A stretch of 64,000 bases of DNA, from the IMG/VR virus record IMGVR_UViG_3300045988_183636. One strand, 5' to 3'. Shown here in pieces: positions 46,072 through 55,830 of the stretch. Source of the stretch: a virus. The stretch's first letter is position 1. Each line of letters begins with the position of its first letter. The notes under the pieces were generated by a model that worked only from the letters and a program-made list of their open reading frames with translations, made no database searches and was not told the origin of the DNA. The translations under genes and the position numbers were made by a program.

Positions 46072-46719
46072 ATGTCAAAAACAAAAGGAATATCAAAAAA
46101 GAAAGATATATTAAAGGTATTTTGGAATGAGTGTGCAGTATTTAAGGTAGTTGTTTGTATTCTTGCGTATGTGATACTCGGCTTTATCAATATACCAATT
46201 AACAGGTGGCTTACATTTCATGTACCTAAATGGTCAGATGGGAAACTACATGATATAACAGGATCATTTTTTGTTCTTCCTATCCTTGAAGTATTAGCGG
46301 TCACTTTAATTTATCTTATCGCTAATGGATGCTTTTATTTCATCAGCAAGATGATCGCGTACAGGAATTACTGTTACATTCCGCTTACGGAAGATGAAAT
46401 TAAAGGAAAGAAATTTAAGAATGCAAATGAGTATTTTTCCTATGTCCTCAATGTCCTTTCCTATGGTTTTAAGAATGAAAAAGAAAATCTCCAGGTTAGT
46501 GATGATGATCTTCGAGAAATGCTTATAACTTGTCTGATTGTATTCCCTGATAATGGGACAATATTTCAGATAAAACCAGAAACTGCGTGGAATGTTTCAG
46601 ACGACATCCTTTTCTCCGAAGCCGTTGAATTGAATTGCGGAAAAGCAGAAATAATTGATAAGCATGTTGTATTGTCTGGTGATAATAGAAACGGCAAAAG
46701 AGAAGAATATACAGTGTGA
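46072..46719 (+). CDS. 2-TM membrane protein, array-adjacent paralog family member 2
   Basis: MSKTKGISKKKDILKVFWNEC...; paralog of 24659..25306; RBS AAAGGAGAAAAG. Confidence 0.65.
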   Translation: MSKTKGISKKKDILKVFWNECAVFKVVVCILAYVILGFINIPINRWLTFHVPKWSDGKLHDITGSFFVLPILEVLAVTLIYLIANGCFYFISKMIAYRNYCYIPLTEDEIKGKKFKNANEYFSYVLNVLSYGFKNEKENLQVSDDDLREMLITCLIVFPDNGTIFQIKPETAWNVSDDILFSEAVELNCGKAEIIDKHVVLSGDNRNGKREEYTV

Positions 46720-46770
46720 AAGTTGATAGGTCCTCATTCGAATTTTTTATCAAATTATGGAGGAATGGCA

Positions 46771-47295
46771 ATGGAAACAATAAGAGATTACGAAGCAATG
46801 GTATACGTACTTGAACATAACCGGAAAAGTGCCGGAACAGGTGAAAATATCAGTTGGAAGAAAATATCATATGAAAAGTTAAGTAAAGAGATGAAAAGCT
46901 ATACCGGACGGATTAAGCGTATGCTTGGAGAACTTATATTAAACGGACGGATAGAGATTAAAACAGAACGTCCTTTTGTTTACCGTGTTCTTATTAAATC
47001 CGTGTTTACAGAAGAAGAATTTAAGGAATACCAGGATACCCGTCTTCTTGGAAAATTCCATGACTCATTATCAAAATTAACTGATACTGTGGAAACTGCT
47101 TCCGAAACAGTACAAGCTGTTTGGCGTCCAAGTGAAGCTATGCAGAAACGCCAGACGGGTGCGGGGAATACGTTTGTGTATAGCAAAGGGAATTCTTTAA
47201 GCGTGCATGAGAGTTTTGAACGGTCAAAACAGAACCGGGAATACCGGCCGGCAGGAGAAAAGGCAGGAAAGAGAAAAGCTGTAACGATATGGTAA
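46771..47295 (+). CDS. hypothetical protein
   Basis: RBS GGAGGAATGG; start moved to METIRDY. Confidence 0.5.
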   Translation: METIRDYEAMVYVLEHNRKSAGTGENISWKKISYEKLSKEMKSYTGRIKRMLGELILNGRIEIKTERPFVYRVLIKSVFTEEEFKEYQDTRLLGKFHDSLSKLTDTVETASETVQAVWRPSEAMQKRQTGAGNTFVYSKGNSLSVHESFERSKQNREYRPAGEKAGKRKAVTIW

Positions 47296-47323
47296 TTAAA
47301 AAGTAGGAAGGAAGTGAAGCGGA

Positions 47324-47788
47324 ATGTATGGTCTTATTATTAAGAAAAAATGGTTGGATTTAATCATGAGCGGGCAGAAGACTCTGGAGATCCGCGGAAG
47401 CAGGACTTCCCATGCAGGAGAAGAGATTGCGCTTCTCGAAAGCGGATCACAGAAGATCCGTGGTTTTTGTACGATTAAAGAAGTAACGGCCTTGGATAAA
47501 GGAAAATGGGAAGCACACAGGGATCGCCATTGGGTGGATGTGCCGTGGGAAAATCTTATTAAACGATATAAGACGCCATATGCGTGGCACTTATCTTCAA
47601 TCACACCAACGGAGGAACTTACATATGAGCATCCAAAGGGTGCCGTGATCTGGGTTAACCTGGATCATGTTCCTGTATTTAAAAAAATGAACAATAAAGG
47701 AAGAAATTGTCATGAACAAATCAAGGGAACCAGCTTGCACAAATATTTCATCTCGGGAGGGTTCTATGGAAAATATCATAACTTATAA
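47324..47788 (+). CDS. ASCH-domain (PUA-like) protein
   Basis: KKKWLDLIMSGQKTLEIRG beta-barrel signature. Confidence 0.55.
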   Translation: MYGLIIKKKWLDLIMSGQKTLEIRGSRTSHAGEEIALLESGSQKIRGFCTIKEVTALDKGKWEAHRDRHWVDVPWENLIKRYKTPYAWHLSSITPTEELTYEHPKGAVIWVNLDHVPVFKKMNNKGRNCHEQIKGTSLHKYFISGGFYGKYHNL

Positions 47789-48170
47789 AACGACAAACTT
47801 ATTTTCAACACCAGATCTGGTTTCTCTTTTCACATCTGTTGGATGGGTTAATGAAAGTGCAGAATATCCTAATCGATTGGAAAATGCAATGTATCATTCA
47901 GATATTGTTTTTAGCGCATGGGACGGAGATAAGCTTGTTGGTTTATTAAGTACCATAAGTGATACAATGCATGTTTATATAACATATCTTCTAGTCGATC
48001 CATCTTATCAAAATAGAAAGATAGGTACTAAATTGTTAAATATGTTTGAAAAACATTATGTTAATTACAAAAAAGAACTTAAAACGGAGAAAGCATCAGA
48101 TTATTATAAACGCTTTGGGTGGCATTCGGATTCTGTGGGGATGGTTAAGAATGATCTTCCCCCTTTATGA
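47766..48170 (+). CDS. GNAT-family N-acetyltransferase
   Basis: LLVDPSYQNRKIGTKLL acetyl-CoA-binding motif A; overlaps the 3' end of the ASCH gene in another frame. Confidence 0.55.
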   Translation: MENIITYKTTNLFSTPDLVSLFTSVGWVNESAEYPNRLENAMYHSDIVFSAWDGDKLVGLLSTISDTMHVYITYLLVDPSYQNRKIGTKLLNMFEKHYVNYKKELKTEKASDYYKRFGWHSDSVGMVKNDLPPL

Positions 48171-48325
48171 TTATTGATTCTTAACAAATGCACCAATTGC
48201 GAAGTAGAAGGAGACGCAAATGTCATATATGAGTGAGTGGATTTATTCCGAAGAAGATGCATATTTTATTATTTTAGCAGTTGCTGATATTGTAACAGGG
48301 ATTTCAACACTTGGAGGTTTTAACC

Positions 48326-48751
48326 ATGAATAACGTTGTATTGATAATTATAGCTATTGCCACAACATTTGTAATTGATAAAGTATTTGATGATGTTCTA
48401 AGTCCTGCTGCAAAGTTTATTGTGACATTGTTGACGATATTGTTTTTCGTTTTTATTTATGTTTTTGGACAGTATGCAGCGGGTTCTGCCACTGCTGAAC
48501 TACACAAATTTGTAGAACAACTTGATACGGAACAGCAGAATCAGGTAGTTGAGACAGAAAAACAAGCTAATCCAAAAAAGCAAACAAGAAAAGAGCAGGA
48601 AGAGAAATTACATAAACTTGCCGCATCTGGTAAAGCGAAGATTGTAATAGATGGTGAACCGACAAGTGATGAGTTTGATATTGATGGCATTAAATTAAAA
48701 GATTATGATATCAAATTTAAGAATGGAAAAGTCTATTTGATATCAAAATAG
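48326..48751 (+). CDS. hypothetical membrane protein (C-terminus paralogous to 57936..58271)
   Basis: shared C-terminal IDGIKLKDYDIKFKNGKVYLISK / INGINLDKYNIKIKEGKIYLIDK. Confidence 0.5.
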   Translation: MNNVVLIIIAIATTFVIDKVFDDVLSPAAKFIVTLLTILFFVFIYVFGQYAAGSATAELHKFVEQLDTEQQNQVVETEKQANPKKQTRKEQEEKLHKLAASGKAKIVIDGEPTSDEFDIDGIKLKDYDIKFKNGKVYLISK

Positions 48752-48988
48752 GAAGCTATTACTATGTATTTCATTACTCTTATCTAAGTTTTGTTAGAAT
48801 TAAAGAGGTTTGTCATGCTTATTGTTTTGAGCGTCATTATAGTATTTATGGGTAATTCAGAATGGGTATCCTGCAAGAATTGTAATAGAAAAATCTGAGG
48901 CTATTAATTCATTATTCTTTCCTAAAAATACAGAAGCCAAAGATTAGATTATTCTTGCAAAAATGCATTTAAGGAGGAACAAATTTTA

Positions 48989-49477
48989 ATGAATACGTTG
49001 GAAAATTTAGAAATGGTATTGTTTGACTTTGATGATACGCTGTGTATACATAGTCATCGCTCAGATTCTTATGAGGAACTGATGGAATATTTGTCATATA
49101 TTCATTCAGGTGAAACATTTCCAAAATCATGGAATAAATCAAAACCGAATTTGCAGTTAAAGAAATTCATGGATTATCTTGCTTATAAGAATATCCCTAT
49201 GGGTTTAATTAGCGGAGTGCGTGATTGTAAGACTGCGGAAAGAAAGATCAAATGGGTTAAAGAAAATTACGGTTACTTACTGGAAAATTACTGTGTATCC
49301 AGTCAGGAACAGAAGATTATTGAACTTAAGGTCCTTGCAAAGGTTAACAGGCTTCATGAAAACCAGATTGCTATTATCGACGATTTATATCCCAATCTTG
49401 AAAAAGCAGAAAGTGAAGGTTTCGTTGCTCTTTCCCCAATGCAGGTTGTCAATTTATTTAATGAAATATCTAAATAG
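48989..49477 (+). CDS. HAD-superfamily hydrolase (putative 5'-nucleotidase)
   Basis: FDFDDTL DxDxT motif I; IDD motif near the C-terminus. Confidence 0.6.
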   Translation: MNTLENLEMVLFDFDDTLCIHSHRSDSYEELMEYLSYIHSGETFPKSWNKSKPNLQLKKFMDYLAYKNIPMGLISGVRDCKTAERKIKWVKENYGYLLENYCVSSQEQKIIELKVLAKVNRLHENQIAIIDDLYPNLEKAESEGFVALSPMQVVNLFNEISK

Positions 49478-49666
49478 AGACCTACTGATACTGCCGAGAT
49501 TGCACAAGATTACGATTTTCCATTGCAGGATATGTGAGAGATAATTTGTTGAATTAGAGGTGATTATATTGGATTTATTTGGAAGAGATTTATGGACCCA
49601 AGCAGATGAAGATTTTTTAGGTAGAAAGTGTTATTTGTTGCAAAGTACGGTTGGAAGGGGATTTTA

Positions 49667-50662
49667 ATGAATAAGTTGGAAAATTTAAAAATGGTGCTGT
49701 TTGACTTTGATGATACATTGGCTGTGCATAGTCAAGGACATCGCATAAGCGATCATCTGATGAAATATATGATAAACGTGCATTCTGGAAGTAAAGAATT
49801 ATGGAATACCTCGAAACCGAATTTACAATTAAAGAAATTCATGGATTATCTCGCCTGTAAGAACATTTCTATGGGATTGATTAGTGGAGTACATGATTGT
49901 AAAGCCGCGGAAAGAAAAATCGAATGGGTCAAAGAAAACTATGGGTATTCATTAGAGAATTATTGTGTATCCAGTCAAGAACAGAAGATGATTGAATTAT
50001 CAACCATTGCAGAGGTTAATGGATTTCATGAAAGCCAGATTGCTCTTGTTGATGACTACTATGAAAATCTCGGAAATGCTGAAAAAATGGGATTTACAAC
50101 ATTTTCTCCTATGGAAATTGTTAATTTGGTTAATTGCTTTCAAAATACAGATTTGGAAAAAATGTTGATCAGCCCTGATCCTGGGTGGGGGATAAATTTA
50201 CGAAATAAATACATATTCTGGGATATAGACGGCACTTTAGCGGAATACCGGTTTAACGGGCATGTTTCAGATCCGGAAGGTACTGATAACGGTATGAGTT
50301 TAAAAGAAATTGAGGATGGGGTTTTTCTCAAGAGAAAACCATCTTATCATATGCAGATGGTATTGTCTACATGTGGCGCGAAGCAGAACATTGTAATGGG
50401 GCACTGCCAGGTACAGAAAGAAATGGATGATAAACAGCTCTGGCTGGACAAGTATTATCCAAGTATCACAGAACGTTTACTTGTGTCGGAAGATAAATCG
50501 AAAGCAGATACCATTTTGCAATACTGTAAGGATCATGATATTAGCTTGCAAGATGTGGTATTTGTTGATGACACGATTCCATTTCTCCGCGAAGCAGAGC
50601 GAAAAGGGATTAAATCATTTCATATCAGCAGTTTTTTGGATTGGGATTTCGAAAGGAGGTAA
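49667..50662 (+). CDS. tandem HAD-domain hydrolase (paralog of 48989 plus a second HAD domain)
   Basis: FDFDDTL in the first domain, IFWDIDGTL and VFVDDT in the second. Confidence 0.6.
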   Translation: MNKLENLKMVLFDFDDTLAVHSQGHRISDHLMKYMINVHSGSKELWNTSKPNLQLKKFMDYLACKNISMGLISGVHDCKAAERKIEWVKENYGYSLENYCVSSQEQKMIELSTIAEVNGFHESQIALVDDYYENLGNAEKMGFTTFSPMEIVNLVNCFQNTDLEKMLISPDPGWGINLRNKYIFWDIDGTLAEYRFNGHVSDPEGTDNGMSLKEIEDGVFLKRKPSYHMQMVLSTCGAKQNIVMGHCQVQKEMDDKQLWLDKYYPSITERLLVSEDKSKADTILQYCKDHDISLQDVVFVDDTIPFLREAERKGIKSFHISSFLDWDFERR

Positions 50663-50666
50663 CATA

Positions 50667-51734
50667 ATGGATTTATGTATTGACTACAACTTGTTGTTTG
50701 CAGAATTAAAGAAACATGGTTTCTGCCTTGGTTTTTCAACAATTGAGAATGTTGCGCTTTCAAAGGATCAGGTGGATTACTGGCATCGTGGCAATTTCAT
50801 TTGTTGTGTAAAATCAAAGGGATTAATTGCAACTTATGTATGCTTTATTACTGGTGATGAATTGAAAGATGAATTCTCTACTTATAAGAGTGTTCATGAG
50901 TATTTGAATTTCACAGATACTATAGAAGCTCAGCGGAGACCATCAATCATTAAAGCATTTGAAAACGTTTTATTTGCCAGTTATTCTGATGCAGTTGCTA
51001 AATATAATCAGATGCTTGCTGTTTTTCCAAAATTTACACCAGCATTTAAAGAATTGTTTGCAGAAGAAATGGATGCTCTTGCAGTATCTAATACGTCAAT
51101 TCAGGTTAAACCTGATTTGTCTAAAATTTATATAAATAAAGAGCATGAATATTGTTACATCTCAGCTGTTACACCGGATAGTGTTTGTGTTAACCGGCTC
51201 ACCGCTGTATCTTTTGAAAAAGAGCTGGATTATCGTGAATTGCAGCAATACACTGCCGTTCCAGAAGTTTTTGACGAATTACGTTCACTTCTGTTAACAG
51301 TATTACACGGTCTTTCTTCTGTTATCAAGATAAATAATCTGCCTGAAGATAACAGTGTTTCTTTGAAATATTATAATGAAACCGATGAATTCCGTGATAC
51401 AAGATATACTGCAGTTGGTCAAAATTTCGAATTGATACTTATCAATATGCTTGGTGCTTCCTGTTATTTGAGTGATAAGTCTCGTACACATGATTCAGAT
51501 AATAAGTGTCACGCATACGATATTGCTGATGTTTTTTCAGCAAATGCTAAAGCCAAACGTATTCATGATTTTCTTGTAAAACTCATGAAAGAGTTTTCGC
51601 CTATTTTAGCAGGTGACCTGGCATTGCGGAAGCAGCTTTTCGATTATTTGTATACACTTGAGGATGGTGATAATTCCGTTAATGCGCAGCAACCAGGGTT
51701 GCCAGATAATACGGATTCTTTGCCTCATAAATAG
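50667..51734 (+). CDS. hypothetical protein
   Basis: RBS GGAGGTAACATA; start moved to MDLCIDY. Confidence 0.5.
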   Translation: MDLCIDYNLLFAELKKHGFCLGFSTIENVALSKDQVDYWHRGNFICCVKSKGLIATYVCFITGDELKDEFSTYKSVHEYLNFTDTIEAQRRPSIIKAFENVLFASYSDAVAKYNQMLAVFPKFTPAFKELFAEEMDALAVSNTSIQVKPDLSKIYINKEHEYCYISAVTPDSVCVNRLTAVSFEKELDYRELQQYTAVPEVFDELRSLLLTVLHGLSSVIKINNLPEDNSVSLKYYNETDEFRDTRYTAVGQNFELILINMLGASCYLSDKSRTHDSDNKCHAYDIADVFSANAKAKRIHDFLVKLMKEFSPILAGDLALRKQLFDYLYTLEDGDNSVNAQQPGLPDNTDSLPHK

Positions 51735-51762
51735 GAAGAAAAAGGAGGAAAATAATTGCGAT

Positions 51763-52545
51763 ATGTATACTAAAATATATGCTATTTTTACGACAGTGGT
51801 TAAATATTTTATTCTGGCGTGTGGTATATCCTTATTACTATTTTTCTTTTATGATAATGAATTAGAACCAACAAAAGACAATATTAAATGTGTAGTTAGC
51901 ATAATATATATGAATTTATTAACTGCAGTAGTAATTACATATTTATTTAAAAAATTAATTGGTAGTATTAAGGAAGACGTTGTAAATGCAAAGCCGTATG
52001 GAAAAGCGCAAATAGGAAATAAAGAAAAAACGTATGAGAATATAAGAGAAATGATTACTGTTCACGAAGCAGGTCATGCAGTAATGTCTTATTTAAAAAA
52101 TGCAGATACAATTATTGTGAATGCTTCTCTTTGCGAACCCAATGTAGTATCGGGATATGATAGCGTAGTAAATGCAGAAGTTGTGAAAAGCATGATACTT
52201 ATTAAATACGCAGGAGCAATAGCAGAAGAATTAATATTTGGACATTATGATGCAGGTTCTTTTCTCGGATCTAATTCAGATTTTAAAAGTGCGACGGAAT
52301 TAATTAAGGGCTACATTACTATGATTGATCCAGAACGGAGCAAAACACTATTAGATGACGAACTGAAAGATCAACTTATAGATATATCAAAAACTTTTTA
52401 TCAAGAATGCAAAGAATTACTTAGCTGTAATATAAAATTAGTTGAACATTTATCTAATGTATTGACATACAAAGAAAGATTAACCACAGAAGAAGTACTT
52501 GAGATAATAAATGCTTTCAAGGAGAGCAAAGAAATAAATACTTAA
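51763..52545 (+). CDS. membrane-anchored M41 (FtsH-type) zinc-metallopeptidase domain protein without an AAA module
   Basis: two N-terminal TM segments, then ITVHEAGHAVMSY (HEAGH zinc site) and a downstream Glu. Confidence 0.6.
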   Translation: MYTKIYAIFTTVVKYFILACGISLLLFFFYDNELEPTKDNIKCVVSIIYMNLLTAVVITYLFKKLIGSIKEDVVNAKPYGKAQIGNKEKTYENIREMITVHEAGHAVMSYLKNADTIIVNASLCEPNVVSGYDSVVNAEVVKSMILIKYAGAIAEELIFGHYDAGSFLGSNSDFKSATELIKGYITMIDPERSKTLLDDELKDQLIDISKTFYQECKELLSCNIKLVEHLSNVLTYKERLTTEEVLEIINAFKESKEINT

Positions 52546-52723
52546 ATTTTTATCATTTCCGGATGTCACGATTATCTGCAATGATTGCCACGGCAGAGGC
52601 TTTGCGGTTGTTGCAGAGAGTATTCGTGAACTGTCCGACAATATAAAGCAGCTGATTGAACAGAACAATAAGGATTGAAGATGATATCCTGTATTTAATG
52701 TCAAAGTGAAAGGAGAATTGTAT

Positions 52724-52906
52724 ATGGTTGTTATTATTGGAGCAATAATTGTTTTTTGCCTTTTCATGGGAGTTATTCTTATAATTTCCGGATGTCACGA
52801 TTATAACGAAGCAAACAGAGGAATGGAGATTGGCATTGGTATTTCTCTTATCCTCGCCCCAATTGTTGTTACGTTGACATATCTGGCTTTTGGAGGTGTG
52901 TTGTAA
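52724..52906 (+). CDS. small membrane protein
   Basis: RBS GAAAGGAGAATTG; two hydrophobic helices. Confidence 0.4.
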   Translation: MVVIIGAIIVFCLFMGVILIISGCHDYNEANRGMEIGIGISLILAPIVVTLTYLAFGGVL

Positions 52907-53098
52907 TTTCTTGCGGAGCAGAGCAGAGGAAGGCTCACCGGGCTCATGACCTGGGTGTCGGATGTTCGATTCCTTTCTCCGCAATTAATTTTAAAAAAGG
53001 GAGGTTATAACATGTTCTAACTGATTAAAAAACATAAACAAGCATTCGTTCAAAAGAAAGATTCGTATGTGAAAAAAGGATGGGAGGAAAAGAAAATC

Positions 53099-54064
53099 AT
53101 GGGAATGGATGTAAACATGCTTGCCTGCGTGCGGGCACTTGCAGAAAACAGAATACAGGATGCGAAGAAATACGCGGTCTGCTGTTGTGCCAATGACAAT
53201 ACGAAGAAAAATGAGAGCCAAGTCAGAAGATGTAAAAATCTTCTGCTCAACGGTCCAAATATGATCGAGCTGCCAGCAAATCTTAACGGGCTCCTACGTA
53301 TGGAAGATGTGTCCAGCTTTCATGCCGAGCGGTACTACCTTGGGAAAACCCAGTGGGATCTTTTTGAAAAGATTAAACGTGGTGTGGCGGTCACGCTTAA
53401 ATTAATGGAGTATGGGATTCCCTACAAAAACAGCACCCTCATATACGGCGTGCCCGGCACTGGGAAAACGGAGTTTGCCAGATATGTGGCGTATTCCCTG
53501 GGTATTCCTTATGCATATATTAATTTTTCCTTCCTGATCGACTCATTCATGGGGAATACATCGAAGAATATCCAGCGTGTGTTCGATTTCTGCAAAGGGC
53601 AGAAATGTGTCCTGATGCTTGATGAGATCGACTGTATCGGATTAAAGCGCGGCATAGGAGGAAATGGGGGACCAGATGGGGAAATATCAAGAACGACCAT
53701 TTCTCTTATGCAGGCATTGGACGATCTGACAGACGGGCAGATCATCATTGCTGCCACGAACCGGTACGACCTGCTTGATCCCGCTTTGTCCAGACGGTTC
53801 CAGAACCATGTGGAATTCCGTCCATTCAATTTTGAAGAAAACAGGGAGATGATGGAAAAATTCCTGGCGGCAGTGGACGAGTCTTTGCTGAGTGTTATGG
53901 AAATTGTAACGTATGCAAGAGAAAACCATACGCAGGCAGAGGTAACCGGGCATCTCATTGAAGTACTGACGCGCAAGGTATCGCAGGAAGTGGATGTGGA
54001 AGCGGCGCTGGAAGCACTAAAAAGTGGGAATGGAAGAACAGATGACTGGGAAAAGCTTTTCTAA
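53099..54064 (+). CDS. AAA+ ATPase of the FtsH/CDC48 clade (stand-alone)
   Basis: Walker A GVPGTGKT, Walker B VLMLDEID, sensor-1 ATNR, Arg finger region; RBS GGGAGGAAAAG. Confidence 0.7.
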   Translation: MGMDVNMLACVRALAENRIQDAKKYAVCCCANDNTKKNESQVRRCKNLLLNGPNMIELPANLNGLLRMEDVSSFHAERYYLGKTQWDLFEKIKRGVAVTLKLMEYGIPYKNSTLIYGVPGTGKTEFARYVAYSLGIPYAYINFSFLIDSFMGNTSKNIQRVFDFCKGQKCVLMLDEIDCIGLKRGIGGNGGPDGEISRTTISLMQALDDLTDGQIIIAATNRYDLLDPALSRRFQNHVEFRPFNFEENREMMEKFLAAVDESLLSVMEIVTYARENHTQAEVTGHLIEVLTRKVSQEVDVEAALEALKSGNGRTDDWEKLF

Positions 54065-54094
54065 CCGGTATTAATGGCAATAAGGAGGAAAATC

Positions 54095-55018
54095 ATGGAC
54101 AATCAGATTAACATTAAATATATGTTCACTGTGATCGGTGGAGGCTGGGAGCGTGTATCGAGGGCGTATTTTATTGCTGATGATAGGGTTTATTTTTTAA
54201 ATAAGTTTTCACCAGATGATTTAAAAATGTTGGAGAATCATTTTGATGATATCACAGCTACACTTGCTTCCGTGAATTTTGATACAACCGGGCTGGATTT
54301 TGTGAATCATGGCACGAATGTAGGGTTTGATATGCCGACAATTACCATGTACCGGTATGAGGATGGGAAATACAAAAAATTGTGGTCAGAAGGGGATTAT
54401 CGAAATTCAGAAGCTGTCGATACAATCCAGAGCATTTTTCAGGATTCCGGCTACCTGGCAAAAGGGGGAAACCCGGTCTGCAAATACCGCTACTTCATGA
54501 GTGGGATGTTTTACCCGACTGACGGAAACGAATACGAGATCAATATTCCATCTCCAGTGATACATGACTCTGAAGAAGAAGCTATGGCTGATGGAAACTT
54601 TGGTTACCGCTTTATACAGATAGATAGATCGGTTGGACCGGTAATCGTTATATTTGAAAATGAAAATTTCAAAGTCACAACTGATGAAAAAGGTCAGTCC
54701 TGTTTAGAACAATGGGTTGAAGGGAAAATCGTCGGTACTTATACGTTTGAACAATTCAAAAAATCGGGCGGATACATTCGAATGCTTAAACCGGAATGCA
54801 AAGGGAGAGGTTTCATTGATGGAAATACCGATTTTGTTCCAACGGAGAAAACGTTTGCGGACATATTCCCGGATATTCAGCCGCAAAAGCTTTATTACAT
54901 TGATAACGAAGCATATTGGATTGGTGAATTAAAGAGAAATAAGGAAGAAACTCCGGATGGAAAGCCGAAGCTGTATACCGGGGATATTAACGAGCTGATC
55001 AAGAAGTTCCAAAAGTAA
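54095..55018 (+). CDS. hypothetical protein
   Basis: RBS TAAGGAGGAAAA; 307 aa. Confidence 0.5.
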   Translation: MDNQINIKYMFTVIGGGWERVSRAYFIADDRVYFLNKFSPDDLKMLENHFDDITATLASVNFDTTGLDFVNHGTNVGFDMPTITMYRYEDGKYKKLWSEGDYRNSEAVDTIQSIFQDSGYLAKGGNPVCKYRYFMSGMFYPTDGNEYEINIPSPVIHDSEEEAMADGNFGYRFIQIDRSVGPVIVIFENENFKVTTDEKGQSCLEQWVEGKIVGTYTFEQFKKSGGYIRMLKPECKGRGFIDGNTDFVPTEKTFADIFPDIQPQKLYYIDNEAYWIGELKRNKEETPDGKPKLYTGDINELIKKFQK

Positions 55019-55089
55019 TCAGATCCGCAAAGTTGCCTCATGCCGGGGCAGTTTCTTATCGTCAAATACGGATACACAGAGGTTTAAAT

Positions 55090-55830
55090 ATGTTGGAAAA
55101 ATACAGTTATGAATTGTGGAATGGAAATTGTCTGGAATTAATGAAATCTATTCCTGATAAATCAATAGATATGATTTTATGTGATCTGCCATATGGGACA
55201 ACTAAGTGCAAATGGGATATCGTAATACCATTTAAACCAATGTGGGATCAATATAGTCGTATTGCAAAAGATAATGCTGCAATCGTATTGTTTGGACAGG
55301 AGCCATTTTCTTCTTTATTAAGGGTAAGCAATATCAGCGATTACAAGTATGATATTTACTGGGAAAAAGAGCGGTTAACAAATATTAATCAGGTTAAACG
55401 GAGAGTTGGGAAAACTGTAGAGACAATATCTGTATTTTATAAAAAACAATGTACATATAATCCTCAAATGATTAAGTATGAAGGAAAACTAAGGAAAAAC
55501 AGGGTAAAAAATGGTAAACTCGGAAAACTTACAGATGAAAATGAAAAAAAAGTAATTGAATATAATGATACTGGGTGGCGTTACCCTACGCAAGTTTGGA
55601 AATTTCAGAGGGATTGCCTAACTTCAAATTTGCATCCAACTCAAAAACCATTGCTTTTATGTGAAACGCTTGTCAAAACATTCTCTAATGAAGGTGATAT
55701 TGTCCTGGATAATTGTATGGGGTCTGGAACAGTTGGTGTAGCATGCAAACTTCTAAATCGTAAATTTATTGGTATAGAACTTGAAGAGAACTATTTCAAA
55801 ATTGCAAAGGAAAGGATTAGCCAAAATTGA
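55090..55830 (+). CDS. DNA methyltransferase, beta-class (N6-adenine or N4-cytosine)
   Basis: motif IV DLPY precedes motif I (LDNCMGSGT); HPTQKP motif. Confidence 0.7.
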   Translation: MLEKYSYELWNGNCLELMKSIPDKSIDMILCDLPYGTTKCKWDIVIPFKPMWDQYSRIAKDNAAIVLFGQEPFSSLLRVSNISDYKYDIYWEKERLTNINQVKRRVGKTVETISVFYKKQCTYNPQMIKYEGKLRKNRVKNGKLGKLTDENEKKVIEYNDTGWRYPTQVWKFQRDCLTSNLHPTQKPLLLCETLVKTFSNEGDIVLDNCMGSGTVGVACKLLNRKFIGIELEENYFKIAKERISQN

